Below are positions 23,625 through 56,138 of a stretch of 64,000 bases of DNA, piece after piece. The DNA is from Perna viridis. Lineage: Eukaryota. The position numbers and the translations under genes were made by a program. The stretch spans positions 60,367,195 to 60,431,194 of the forward strand of contig CM074513.1 of assembly GCA_037379345.1 (NCBI GenBank). The letters run 5' to 3'. The notes under the pieces are model-generated. The model saw only the letters and a list, made by a program, of their open reading frames with translations. It did not search any database and had not been told where the DNA came from. How positions within the stretch are numbered: position 1 is the stretch's first letter; every line of letters starts with the position of its first letter.

Positions 23625-23945
23625 ATATACCCCTCTATAGAGATATCTTTACTCCATGCGGTCTTGACTATGACCATTGATTTGGGCATCTATGTATCTT
23701 TACTCCATTAGGTCTTGAGTATGGTCAGTGATTTGGGCACCTACATCTTGACTCCTTGAGGTCTTGAGTATGGTAATTGAATTGAGCACCTATACCCCTC
23801 TATGAGATATCTTTACTCCTTGAGGTCTGGAGTATGGTCATTGATGTGGGCACCTATACCCCTCTATGAGATATCTTTGATCCGTGAGGTCTTGAGTATG
23901 GTCATTGATGTGGGCACCTATACCCCTTCATGGTCTTGAGTATGG
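23625..23945. repeat. Degenerate ~64-bp tandem repeat
   Basis: tatacccctctatgagatatctttactccttgaggtcttgagtatggtcattgatgtgggcacc variants. Confidence 0.8.
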
Positions 23946-25619
23946 GGGTCATCGATACTTCTTTGATATATTACTCGACAGTATGTTGCTTTAACCATGT
24001 TAAGTGTTGTACCTTGCCATCACAAGAACTAAATAACACAAATACGAACCCGGAAGGTAGCCCTCGCCCCATACAGTAATAAATTGGCAGTTTCTAAGTG
24101 TAAGATTACCAAAAAAAAAGTGCATTATCAAATCAATGTTACGTATTTCACCTGAGTTTTGTGTACATGTAAGGTAGATTAAACGGTTTTGTCATGTCCT
24201 CGCAAATTCTTTTGACTTGTAATTGTCAATTAGTTAAATAAAATATTTTCCTTTTACATATAGTGGTTACATCTGAGGAAGTGTCAAATCAATGGAGATA
24301 ACACACAGGACAACGTAAAACCATCTAAAGGTAACCAATTTCTTTTTATTTGGAAGTATTTGTCCATTCTTATCCAGTTAGTCCAGTAAGGAAGTTTTAT
24401 GTGATAAGAGGAGACCATATATAGTGTCTCGTGGACAAATCTCAGCATTCTGATTTCTTTCTTTTCTTTCTTTTTCAATTGTTTGATTCATCCGTCTATA
24501 AAATCTAATTTAACTGAGGTATTTACATGTGCAGTGGTCCTTAATTATCGTATATATGAGAATCTCTCAAAGTTTCACCAAGGGACGAACAATTTGGTTT
24601 GGTAACCGTGAATTATAGTGGATATAGGTTAGTAATATGTTTTTTTTCTATCCAATACCTCATTTTTGTCATACAAACATAATGTAAGTACTAAATAAAC
24701 ATATTCGACGAAAAGGGGTCTATATTTGGGGATTAAGTTATTATGAGGGAGTAAATTTGATCTGTAAATTACATCCTGATCAGAGAGACAAGGAACCACA
24801 TGTTCACAGCATGATAAATGTAACATCTGGTAGCCATCATTGACGATTGTCAGGCTCTAATTACAGTGACGCTGGACGTGATTAAATAAAAACACGTATA
24901 CTAGTATTCAATTGACACAATTAAAAAGTATTTAACAAACAAGAATTTTTACAGTAAACTATTCAGTATAAAATCCTTGTAACTAAAAACCAAAACAACG
25001 AACAAAAATAAAAAATAAAAGAATCCAGTAATTTTTGTTTAAACAGGAACATTAGTCTATGGGTTCGTGAATTTGTATTACATCCAACAGCGGAAGAGTA
25101 AGTTCATTAAGAACAATTGAACACTGAATATTAAACCTATGGGAAAAAATGTAATTTCGGGGGTCCACTCTGGCATTCCGAAATATTGTAACTAGGATAA
25201 GATTAAAAAATATATTAAAGATTTTCAACGTATAGGAATGACAAAAACACCTGGTGAAGTAAAAGCAAAGAAACTTAAAACGCATGGCACAACTTTAACG
25301 ATTTTTATTTTTAGAAAGATAACATGGAAAGTAAATGTATGTACATCTTCGCCGGTTACCATGGTATTTCTGGAGCTTCTATTAAACATTTTACATATCC
25401 CTATACTATGCGAGTCCCGTCCATTTTCTAACCAGGGCAAATTGAGATTTTTCGATACATCAGCAATATAAATAATTCTATAGTGTAAGCAATAAGTGAT
25501 CTATAATCAATGGGGGTGAAAATAGTACAATCAGGAACCGAAAAGTTAATCTAAAGATGTTAATTAAGACCGTAATCCATCGCAATCATCCTGCCCTCCC
25601 CCATCATGCCGTCTTCGCC

Positions 25620-25860
25620 TTCACGTGCGTCGTCTGCGTTCGCCAAAGATGGTTGTAATCTTATCGCTTCGGTTGAACAAACGAACCACATGGGGGATTC
25701 CGATAGTCAATAACACACCCTCCGATAGGCCGATTTGGCACATTCCGTCAGAATCTCTTTCTCAAATTAGTTGGCAGCAACCTTGACTGTTTACTTCAGC
25801 ATAGCATCTTTCGACTCGAGTGGGGCGCGAGGTCTAGAAAAGCAGAAGTCAGTCAGTTAG
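25620..25860 (+). promoter_or_regulatory. Probable promoter of the long (muscle-type) tropomyosin isoform
   Basis: Locally GC/CpG-richer; CACGTG 25622, CArG-like CCAAAGATGG 25643-25652, MCAT CATTCC 25741, TCAGT initiator-like 25849-25858. Confidence 0.45.
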
Positions 25861-25949
25861 TCTCAGCTCTCGTCTGCAGGAAAGCCATTCCCTTCGCTTC
25901 TATATTCCTTTTGTTTTGTGTTTAGTTCAACTACAACTAACAAATCACC

Positions 25950-44938
<18,989 letters not shown>

Positions 44939-45007
44939 AAAACTGGTTTCATATTCCCCTCACCGAAGTCGTATATATCATTGCCTTCTTTACGAGGCCA
45001 GGAGGAC

Positions 45008-45852
45008 AATAAATGCATTTTCTTTATGTCTTTGTACAGTTCTGACCATTTAATGTAAAGAAGATTGATGATATAATACAATGCTTGAAGTACATGTTCA
45101 TTTTCAATTATTTATGTAAACAAAAATAAATCTGTTATTAATATATTTCGAACAAAATTTATAGGGTCAAGTCATAAATCTTTAAGGTTACTACAGAATT
45201 TTGCCACTTTTTTCGTATATTATGATATTTGCTATGTTAGTGTATAGGTAAAAATGTGGTGTGAATTGGTAATGGACCGCCAGACTTTTTTGCCAAGTGG
45301 AGGGAAGAGCTATACAAAATAACTTGCATTAAAGAAATGATTTCTCCTTCTATATCCATGTAGTAACCTTAAAGATTTTGACTTCTCAAGGGGAGGCAAT
45401 CCAATGTGGTGGGTGAATTCTCAGAATCTGCAGATTGTACTTCTGTGACCAAGCTGCCCACTTTGCCAACCTGTCATCCATGTGATAACGATTGGGCAAT
45501 ATCCAGAACCTGCCTATTTAATCTCCACTTTTGTTTTCTCTGAAGGAGAGTCGATTGTTGTATATGTTCTGACAATTTTTTGCATGTAATTTTGTATAGA
45601 ATGACCTTAATATGATTAGTAGCTGGCCGATTGTTATACAACTGGAAAAATTATTTCTCCTTAATTGTTATTAAACAAAGAGAATCTTAATTTGTATTGT
45701 ACCAAATTTTTATTCTTTATTATAAATATTCTTATACACATTTTTGTCGACATTTTTAGGCAATTAGAACTAATGTTCTGGCTGATCACTATGTGGTCAC
45801 TTTGGCAACTGCTTCCCTGGATATTGCCAACTTGTTTTTAACCGACAATAAA
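45008..45852 (+). terminator. Candidate tropomyosin polyadenylation signals
   Basis: AATAAA at 45008, 45125 and 45847. Confidence 0.5.
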
Positions 45853-47319
45853 CTTGTATTGCTTAACAACATCAGTAGTTTTTGTCATATATCATCACTA
45901 AAGCATCACATCATTATGTAAACTGTGCAGGAGAGACCTTGCATGGTTCAGAAAATCAAAAAATTAACCACTTTACAGTGCTAGAGATATACCTGATGTT
46001 ACCACTTTACAATGCTAGAGATACACCTGATGTGGTCAAGACAAAATTACCATCTAAATATTATCATATAATTGTGAGAAAAAAGCTATTTAAAAGAGAT
46101 TGCCTACAATACAAACTACCAATCTAAAGTTATCACTTAATAATCTCTTAACAAACTATAAGGGAACCAATCTAAATAGACAGTGTCCAAAAATAACGTC
46201 AGAACTAAATCGGTAACACAAAATAACAGTATTTATCCGGTTGCATGAGTAAATCGTCATACCACAACTGAAACCATGTTTTTAATAAGAAGTTTAGTCC
46301 CATAACCAAACAGTTTTATTTTCTATATCTAGCAAGCCTAAGATATATGGATTATGCTGTGTTTAAAAAAAAACATCGACATTCAACATACAATGTATTA
46401 TGTGAAGATCAGAGAAATGAATAACCGAAAAAAAATGCTAAAAATACTTGAAGTGATACGATTTTATCATCTGACTTCTCTGTGTAGTAATCCAGTAACG
46501 CCAATCAAATTTTTGTTAGACATTGCATCAAGAAAATGTATTTGTTCTATGTGTCGCCAGATTCTAGATATACATGTCCAGGGACTTCATAAAGCCAGCA
46601 CTCCACAGTTTAGTTTAGTTTCGCACTTTTGGCTAGGGATGAAAAATGACATAAATGGAAACCGGTAGTTGCTATAGTGATTAAAAATGAAGAATCTATT
46701 GTTGATAAAACATTTTCTGAAAAAAGGGGATTTTTAAAAGTATTTTGCAATGTTTTATATATATTCAATGTTGAAGGGGCTTTTTTTCAATGACAATTTG
46801 ACTTCATTGTGAAAGTAAGTCAATTTTTTACCATGCTAAATTTAATAAGTGGATTACAAAGTGAAATAGCTCAAAATCTAACCGGCGATGCCCATATGAG
46901 GAAGGGGTTTTTGAAGGGAAAAGTTTGAACAGTTTCAGGGATTGAAATAAAAATTTCAGATATTTTGCGGGAAATTTGATATTTTTAAACCTGATTTTAT
47001 GAAGTTTTTTGCAAATTTTCGCATATTTTTGCATGGTTTCTATGGTAACCCTATATGCTGTGGGTAATTTTTTTCCAGAAAATTTTTACTGCATCCTGAA
47101 GGCCTTGGCTTGAGCTATTTCTAGATATACAGATTTACAGATGCTTGACAATTTTTTAAAGTGATAAATGTTACAAAGCATCAGATTACAAGACCAAAAT
47201 TAGGCAGTTCTACAATACTGTGGAGTGCTGGCAAAAGTTCCCAAGACGTTAAATTGTAAAATACAAGGATATCGGGAAGAAATGATAACGACCGTAGTTT
47301 TGTTAGCACTACGAGTACT

Positions 47320-47885
47320 CAAAGAGTAAGAAAGGGAACCAAGGTAATAGCGGTAATCAAAAGAATGTAATCCAGGGACAAAGACCAGACATAGAAAATA
47401 GACACACACAACAAAGAACATAAAGTAACTAAAATCATACACACAAAGTAACAAAAGCAAATGAGCAACTCGGACTCCACTAAAAACTGCGAGCATGGAC
47501 CAGGTGCACCGGTAGGGTAAGCGTACTCTGCTTCAGAAACACCCGCCGAGTTGCTCATAAAAGTAAGGCCGGGGTAGACGAAAGAGGAAAGGAAAACCAT
47601 GACACGTTGAACAAATCAGTTTTCATGGCGCAGATGGATACACCGTAACGATCCACGAGTTCACGATGACGACCATAAAACTTTTGAAGTGATGACTTCA
47701 ATCTTATAGCAACATAACCCTGTTCCAGAAGCCTATTTGTTAGAATTATAGCGATACAAAAAGTCTGCGTAGTCTCGGCAAGCTCTGGCATAACGTATGA
47801 GTTGTCATATGAACACTCCATACGCAGGTGCTGAAGGGATGTTGCCGCAGATGAAAGGAAAGGACAATTTTGAATGTTTGAACGA
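47320..47885 (-). mobile_element. Penelope-like retroelement 3' fragment
   Basis: FPFICGNIPSAPAYGV...RLLEQGYVAIRLKSSLQKFYGRHRELVDRY; same family as 58810-60345. Confidence 0.75.
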
Positions 47886-48097
47886 AAAGGTAAACCTAAG
47901 AATTAGGTTGCTGGATTGGTCCTGACAAACGTATCGCATTCGTTATTCTTATTTTTACGGCAAATGTGCCATGTGTAATACTCGAATAAAACGCACATCT
48001 CGAACGCAACACTTCACCAAATAATAAATGTTTAAAAAAACCTATGAATAATTGACGTACCACCCTAACAAGTATCACATAACTTGGTAGGAAGATT

Positions 48098-50860
48098 GAT
48101 ACTAGGTAGTGGTAATACATAAGTCTTAAGATACAACGTGTGGCAAAGAATAAGACTTAAGATACAATGTAGTAACAAAAAAATAAGACTTAAGATACAA
48201 GGTAGTGCCAAAGAATAAGTCTTAAGATACAAGGTAGTGACAAAAAAATAAGATTTAAGATACAAGTAGTGGCAAAGAATCGGGCTTATGATATAAGGTA
48301 TTGCCAAAGATAAGGCGGCTTATGATACAAAGTAGTGACAAAGAATCAGGCTTAAAGTACAAGGTAGTGGCAACAAATAAGACTTAACATACAAGGTATT
48401 GCCAAAGAATCAGTCTACAAAGTAGTGCCAAAGAGTAAGGTTTAAGATACAAGGTAGTGGCAAAGAATGAGACTTAAGATACAAGGTATTGCCAAAAATA
48501 AGGCGGCTTATGATACAAGATAGTGCCAAAAAAAGGCGGCTTAAGATACAATGTAGTGACAAAGAATCAGGCTTAACATACAAGGAAGTGGCAAAGAATA
48601 AGTCTTAAGATTCAAGGAAGTGGCAAAGAATAAGACTTAAGATAGAAGGTAGTGCCAAGGAATCAGTCTTAAGATACAAGGTAGTGGCAAAGAATAAGAC
48701 TTAAGATACAAGGTAGTGGCAAAGAATCGGGCTTTAAGATACCAGATAGTAGCACAGAATATATCTGAATGTGCAAGGTGTTGGCCTAAAACCAGACTGT
48801 AGATGTAAGGTAGTGACACAAAACTGGACTGTAGGGACGAGGTAGTGCACATAACTAGGCATGTAGGTACAATGTGTTTGTCGTAAAGCAAGACTGAGGG
48901 TACAAGGTAGTGACACAAAACCGGACAGTAGGTACAGGGTAGTGCACAGAACAAGGATGAGGTACAAGGTATCCGCAAGGAATCAAGATGAAGGTACAAG
49001 GTAGTGGCACAGATCACGGAAGAGGGTACAAGGTAGTGGCACAGAACAAGGATGAGGATACAAGGTAGCGGCACAGAACAAGATTGAAGGTATAAGATAG
49101 TGGCACAGAACAAGGATGAGGTACAAGGTAGCCGCGCGGAATAAAGATGAAGGTACAAGGTAGTGGCACAGCTCACGGAAGAGGGTGCAAGGTAGTGGCA
49201 CAGAACAAGGATGAGGATACAAGGTAGCGGCATAGAACAAGATTGAAGGTATAAGATAGTGGCACAGAACAAGGTTGAAGGTATAAGATAGTGGCACAGA
49301 ACTTAACTGTAGGTACAAGTTACTGGGCACAAAACCTGGCTATAGGTGCAAGGTAGCTCCAAAAATCAGACTGAAGATTTAAGCAAAATGCACAGAATCA
49401 GGCTGAAGGTACAAAGTTGTGACACAAAAACTGGACTCTATGTACAAGGTAGTGAAACAAAACTGAACTGCAGGTACAAGGTAGCGAAACAAAACCGGAC
49501 TGTCGATACAGGGTAATGAAACAAAACCAGACTATACGTACAAGTTAGTGACCCCAAAACGGACTGTAGGAACAAGATAGTCACAGAAAACCATACTGTA
49601 GGTACAAGGGGGCGGGGGAAGGGGGCACAAAATCAGAATATAGGTACAAGGTTGTGAAATTATACCGTACTGTACGTAAAAGGTAGTGACACAAAACCGG
49701 ACTGAAGGTACAAGGTAGTGAGACAACACCGAAATGTAGGTACAAAGTAGTGATTCAAAAACGGATTGTAGGTACAAGATAGTGACACAAAACCAGACTG
49801 TAGGTACAAGGGGGTGGCACAAAACTAGACTGTAGGTACAAGGTAGTAATATAAAACCAGATTGTAGGTCCAAGGTCGTGACACAAAACCGGGCTGTAGT
49901 CACAAAATAGTGACACAAAACCACACTGTAGGTACAAGACAGTGATACAAAACCAGACTGTAGGTACAAGGTGGTGGCACAAAACCAGACCGTAGGTACA
50001 AAAATGTGAAATTATACCGAACTGTAGACAAAAGGTAGTGACACAAATCCGGACTGAAGGTACAAGGTAGTGAGACAACACCGAAATGTAGGTACAAAGT
50101 AGTGATTCAAAAACGGACTGTAGGTACAAGATAGTGACACAAAAACCAGACTGTAGGTACAAGGGGATGGCACAAAACTAGACTGTAGGTACAAGGTAGT
50201 GATATAAAACCATATTGTAGGTCCAAGGTCGTGACACAAAACCGGGCTGTAGTTACAAGGTAGTGACACAAAACCACACTGTAGGTACAAAATAGTGACA
50301 CAAAACCAGACTGCAGGTACAAGTTAGTGACACAAAACCAGATTGTAGGTACAAAGTTGGTGGCACAAAACCGAACTGTAGGTACAAGGTAGTCATACAA
50401 AAACAGACTGTAGGTACAAGGTGGTGACAGAAAACCAGACTGTATGTACAAGTTGGTGGCACAAAACCGAACTGTAGGTACAAGGTAGTCAGACAAAATC
50501 AGACTGTAGGTACAAGGTGGTGGCACAATACCGGAATGTACTGTAGGTACACGGTAGTCAGACAAAATCAGACTGTAGGTACAAGGTGGTGGCACAATAC
50601 CGGAATGTACTGTAGGTACACGGTAGTCAGACAAAATCAGACTGTAGGTAAAAGGTGGTGGCACAAGACCAGGCTGTAGGTACAAGACAGTGACACAAAA
50701 CCAGACTGTATGTACATGTTGGTGGCACAAACCGGACTGTAGGTACAAGGTAGTTAGACAAAACCGGACTGTAGGTACAAGTTAGTCAGACAAAACCAGG
50801 CTGTAGGTACAAAGTAGTGACACGATTCCAGGTTGTAGGGAGGAGGTGGTGACACAAAAC
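48098..50860. repeat. 32-bp minisatellite, about 85 copies, three sub-domains
   Basis: acaaggtagtggcaaagaataagacttaagat grading into acaaggtagtgacacaaaaccagactgtaggt. Confidence 0.95.
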
Positions 50861-51269
50861 ACTTTCCAACTGTTTTGAGAAGGTCATTTGTGGATCTAGA
50901 AAAAAGGTACTCTAGGCAATAATTTGCTCATATTTGGCACGTAATTAACAAAATTTTCCGACACTGAAGGTGTTTGCACAAAAGGCATTCTAACTGTAAC
51001 TTAAAACATTCCAATTTATAAGTCATAATTAGGTCGGCGAAAATTTGTGAACATTTTTGGTAAACAAAAAGTATTAAAATATTTTGCAAGTAAAGAAAGT
51101 TGAGAAGATTTTGTTTAGAAAAATTACCACGTTCATTTCGGAAGAAATCTCACAGTGATTTTCAGTTCATATATTGAAATCATTCTATCCGTTCTTTCAC
51201 AACTGCTTCCCTTGCGAAGTGAACCAAGCAGGCACAAGATATTTTACACTGCATGCATATAAATGTATA

Positions 51270-51945
51270 TAAACTGAGTTATTCTTCTTTGTTTATGGCA
51301 GATTAGACGTTTTGTAGACTTCACGCGAATTAAGGCGAAACGTTTGTCTTGTTTGTATATATATATATATATATACACACACACATATATAAAGGTCTGA
51401 AAAATTCCCAACGATGTTAGAACTGTCAAATTTGCGATGCAAATTTTTGGTCGTTCCCTCCGCGGGACTCGAACTCGTACTGCTGTGACATCTATGGCAA
51501 CACCGCCTGCACATAGTCAGCGCTCTAGACCACTCGGCCGGCTAGGCTATATGAAAATGTAGCTTTCGCTGGCCGGGTCATTCCTCCTCGTAGGATTAAT
51601 CTAGGGCTGTAACTTAGTACACGATGTATGGTGGTACGGGACAGTTCATTTAGATGTTAATATGTAGGATAGAGGATCAAATTAATGATGCATGTCACAA
51701 CAAATCAATATTATACAACGTCTCAGAATGTGACGACTCTATTTGCTACACTGCTCCATCGGATCAAATTGATACAGGGAAGATATATAAACGTATAGAA
51801 AGGTCTGAACAATTCCCAACGATGTTAGAACTGTCAAATTTGCGATGCAAATTTTTGGTCGTTCCCTCCGCGGGACTCGAACTCGTACCAACGACCAAAT
51901 ATTTGCATCGCAAATTTGACAGTTCTAACATCGTTGGTAATTTTT
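51270..51945 (-). mobile_element. tRNA-derived non-autonomous retroelement with a partial duplicated/inverted copy
   Basis: Minus-strand A-box-like ggccgagtggt and B-box gagttcgagtcc (51547 to 51453); (TA)n at 51356-51375; 51391-51479 is repeated at 51799-51887. Confidence 0.65.
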
Positions 51946-53129
51946 CCCTAGAATTCTCAATTTTCCTTTATTGCGATGGAGGTCGAAATAGGGACATTTA
52001 AAAGTTTTATGTTCTTTATATAAAGTAGTACTTCTGTTTTGTGTGGTCAAACGAAGTCATTTATGAAACTTTTATATCAAGAATGAAAATGGGACGAAAA
52101 GGAACCAAAAACATCAACAACAAAAAGATAAAAGCAAAAAAAAAACAAAACAAAACAAAACAAAATAAAACATATCAAAAACAGAATATAGAAGTAATAA
52201 TCATCTTTGGTGTAATAGGTCACAACCCCTAAAATATTAACGACGACAGAAAAGTATCTCATTCGTTTTATTAATGTCGATAAATGCAAGCTACTAGCAG
52301 GGGAATACAAATTACCTAGCGTCCGCCCACCCCAATCCCCATTGATTATTTAGCGATCACCATTTGGCTTTGATATAAAAAAAAGTGTAACCGCTAAATA
52401 GGTTATTGTTTGTCATTGATTTAAAATGCTTTCACTTTCAAGGAGAAGTTTATTCATGACCATCGTGGCAGCGGGGCGACTCACTGATACGTATATTTCT
52501 ACTAAATGACATTAGAAAATCAAAGCACCGAAGGTGCTGAAACTCGGAAGTCGCTTTGCGTGCAACCTGCACGATGTTTATTTTTTAAGCAATGTGCTAG
52601 AGTGCTGGTGATGACATGGACCAAGGTTTGAGAATGTTTTGGTGTTGAACCCATATTTCCCTTGAAACCTGCAGCAAAACAAAACAAAGCTGTACACAAA
52701 TATCGCGAATAAGATTATTGCATTTGTTTACGTTCTTGAGACCTTAAACTTGAAAAAAAGCAGCTGATGATGTTGATTGTGACGCTTCTTGATAAAATGA
52801 TTTTGATTATAACATTCACGTGGCATAGTTACAATCCAACACCATCCAAAGGGAGATAACTCCAATTAAATTATATTGGCTTTTAACTATCTTCTTTGAA
52901 ATTACTACGCGGCCAAGCGCACAGCATAATTTGGCGTCTCGATTTACCAGTTCGACAATATTTAGCTGAAAATAGCCATTGGGGAAAATATTACACATTT
53001 AAACATACCGGAGAATCTTTTAAAAATGCACGAGTCACTTGTTACAACGCAAATAAAGAAACTGAATATAAATTACACTAATGTGCAAACTAAGGACTAC
53101 TAGCAGCTAACTGACATGCCATAATAATA

Positions 53130-53710
53130 ATACAAGCATTGTCTGCTCCTTGATAATAAAAGCACTGTTTGTTCCTTGATTAAAAAAGCATTTGTTCCTT
53201 GATGATACAAGCATTGTTTGTTACTTGATAGTATAAGCATTGTTCCTTGATGGTACAAGCACTGTTTGTTACTTGATGATTCAAGCACTGTTTGTTTCTT
53301 GATAATACAACATTGTTTGGTCCTTGACGGTACAAGCACTGTTTGTTCCTTGATGATATAAGCATTGTTTGTTCCTTGATGATACAAGCACTGTTTGTCT
53401 CAAGATAAACATATATTGCTTCCGCTCTTTGTTCCTTGATAATAAAAGCACTGTTTGTTCCTTGATTAGAAAAGCATTTGTTCCTTGATGATACAAGCAT
53501 TGTTTGTTACTTGATAGTATAAGCATTGTTCCTTGATGGTACAAGCACTGTTAGTTACTTGATGATTCAAGCACTGTTTGTTTCTTGATAATACAACATT
53601 GTTTGGTCCTTGACGGTACAAGCACTGTTTGTTCCTTGATGATATAAGCATTGTTTGTTCCTTGATGATACAAGCACTGTTTGTCTCAAGATAAACATAT
53701 ATTGCTTCCT
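53130..53710. repeat. ~26-bp minisatellite duplicated as a 286-bp higher-order unit
   Basis: ttgatgatacaagcactgtttgttcc; 53148-53423 is repeated at 53434-53709. Confidence 0.9.
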
Positions 53711-53839
53711 CTTTTAATTCAATGAGCTCAGAGCTACAATGTTTTCGTATGGCAGTTTACCTTCGAAGAAGTACCCAAGCTCGGGTGCGGAATAAGTAAT
53801 CTTTTAATTGACTTGGGCGACTAATTAGACAAGGAAAGG

Positions 53840-54595
53840 TTAATCTAAAATTTTGCAAAATTTTGCTACGTTTAAAGTCTTCAACTCCAAGTGTTATGGT
53901 TTATGGTGAATTGGGTCGCCATCCATTACTTTTAGATGTAAAACATAGAATGGTAACATACTGGACTAAACTTGTTTCTGGAAAGCAAACAAACTATTCG
54001 TATGTAATGTATAAATTAATGTACAAGATACAATCAAACCGTGGTATTTCATTTCCATGGCTTCTTTATGTTAAAAAGGTACTCGATGAGTGTGGTCTTT
54101 CTTATGTATGGATTACTCAGACTTTTCGTAGTAATACTTGGTTAAAGGCGGTGGTTAAAACATATTTATTAGATCAATTTCAACAAGAGTGGAGTGATAT
54201 GGTTCATAAAAGTGCTAAAGCTGTAAATTACATAATTTTTAAGGGAGATCTTGTATTTGAGAAATCTTTTGATATTTTGGATGATAAAGATTATTTTTTA
54301 TTTTGCAAATTTCAGACCACTAATCACAGACTGCCTATAGAACAAGGTCCATGGAACAACATTTTAAGAGAAAACAGATTATGTACACTATGTGATGTTA
54401 ATGATGTTGGTGATGAATATCATTATATGATGACATGTTCTTTTTTTATAGAGTATCGAAAAAAGTTTATCCATAGAAAATTTTGTACTAGGCCAATGTT
54501 TTATTGTTTAATGAATTGATGTCTTCACATAACAAAAATCAATTAGTCCTATCTCTGTACCTATGTAATATGGTGATGAGAAAATAAATAAAGAA
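53840..54595 (+). mobile_element. LINE 3' fragment (post-RT region with zinc-binding motif)
   Basis: STPSVMVYGELGRHPL...NHRLPIEQG...CTLCDVNDVGDEYHYMMTC; aaataaataaa tail near 54583. Confidence 0.85.
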
Positions 54596-55107
54596 GGAAG
54601 CGTATGATGGCCATAATCTACCTAACTTGGATTTTTAATTAGGTTATCGGGTTCATAGACAATCCTAGATGTTAGTATTGTAACAACATTTTGGATTTAA
54701 AAAAAAGTTTGAACGCTTACACTGTCATATATTACAACTATAATAATGTTTAACAGCTTGTGAGATTGTTTGTTCTATAGATACAATGCTGTTGACAAGT
54801 ATGTACATATTCAGAACTATTTAGCCCTAAAAGTACATGTATGTGATAATTTAAAATTCCTTATTTACACTTTTAAATCAATAAAAAAAGAATTTATCAA
54901 AAATGAAAATGTTTGATAAAATAAATAAATTATAAATAAATTAAATAAAAATACGAAAATCAAAAAATAAAGACAAGACTTCTTCTGAAAATGCAAATTC
55001 TTTAAAAATGTATTTTACGTAATTTTGCCCACTTTTACAGGGTTATATTGGTACAAGATTATCTAAAGTCATCACTACACAAGTTTTATGGTCGTAATGA
55101 ACTTTGT

Positions 55108-55305
55108 TTGAGTAACTCGGTCGGTATTTTTAGAAAAGCAAAGGACGCTTGTTCTACTGATACAGCTGGTCCATCCCCCGCTTTGTTTTAGTAGAGTCCG
55201 GGTTTCTGACATCTGTTATTTTGGTTACTTCTTGGTTCTTTGTTGTGTGTGTGTGTTCACCCTGGCTAGTCTCTATCCTTGGAATATATTCTTTTGATTA
55301 CCGCT
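55108..55305 (+). mobile_element. Degraded Penelope-like 3' end
   Basis: tgagtaactcgg...agaaaagcaaaggacgctt...ggtccat...ttagtagagtccgg matches the tail of the 47320 and 58810 elements. Confidence 0.55.
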
Positions 55306-55751
55306 CGAATTTTTGTTCCATAAATTACTTTTAAGTGGGTTTGGGGACAATTTTCATATTCGTAATTTACCAAAACCTGCTTTAAACGGGATTCTTTGTT
55401 ATTTCTCTTAAACGATGTCACAAAAGGGAAAAAAACTAGATATAAGATACACGTATCGCGGGCTGAAAACATGACAAACTTGATTTGATAGATCATTCCA
55501 CTTTCTACAGAACGAAATAAACAAAACACTAAAATACTCTAACGCCTATAAAATTATATACTTAATAAAGTAAATCAAATATATAAATCCTCCTAAAATG
55601 TTATATTCGGGTGAACTTGCGAGGTACGTTCATGCTTATAATTAAGTTTTAAAGTGTGTGTATGTTTTGTCGAAATTCAAAATTAAATTTTTTTTGCAAA
55701 TTATTTTTTTAGATTTAGGTTAGAATTTACTGCCCTACCAGCCTCGGGCGA

Positions 55752-56138
55752 CACCCTCAGTATATTTCATGTCAATGTCCACAAGATAATTTTTGTTCGA
55801 TCCCCATCAATATTTTTTATGTCAACGTCCACAAGATAATTTGTTGTTCGATCCCCATCAGGATTTTGCATGTCAATGCCCACAAGATAATTTGTTGTTC
55901 GATCCCCATCAGTATTTTTCATGTCAATGTCCACAAGATAATTTGTTGCTCGACCCCATCTGTATTTTGCATGTCAATGTCCACAAGATAATTTGTTGTT
56001 CGATCCCCCTCAGTATTTTGCACGTCAATGTCCACAAGATAATTTGTTGTTCGATCCCCCTCAGTATTTTTCATGTCAATGTCCATAAGATAATTTGTTG
56101 TTCGACCCCCCTCAGTATTTTTTATGTCAATGTCCACA
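55752..56138. repeat. 51-52 bp minisatellite, about 7.5 copies
   Basis: atgtcaatgtccacaagataatttgttgttcgatccccatcagtattttc. Confidence 0.92.

Noticed and set aside
47036-47049. X-box-like gtttctatggtaac
   Set aside because: No adjacent gene start; probably within a repetitive element.
48637-50748. Cys/Tyr/Leu-rich minus-strand ORFs up to 213 aa
   Set aside because: By-product of a 32-bp array (not a multiple of 3) with strand bias; open in several frames.
51453-51547. Possible tRNA gene
   Set aside because: A/B boxes are present but there is no proper acceptor or anticodon stem; embedded in a repeat and partly duplicated.
53100-53651. Overlapping short ORFs (also 55793-56188 and 18264-18596)
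   Set aside because: All derive from minisatellite arrays.
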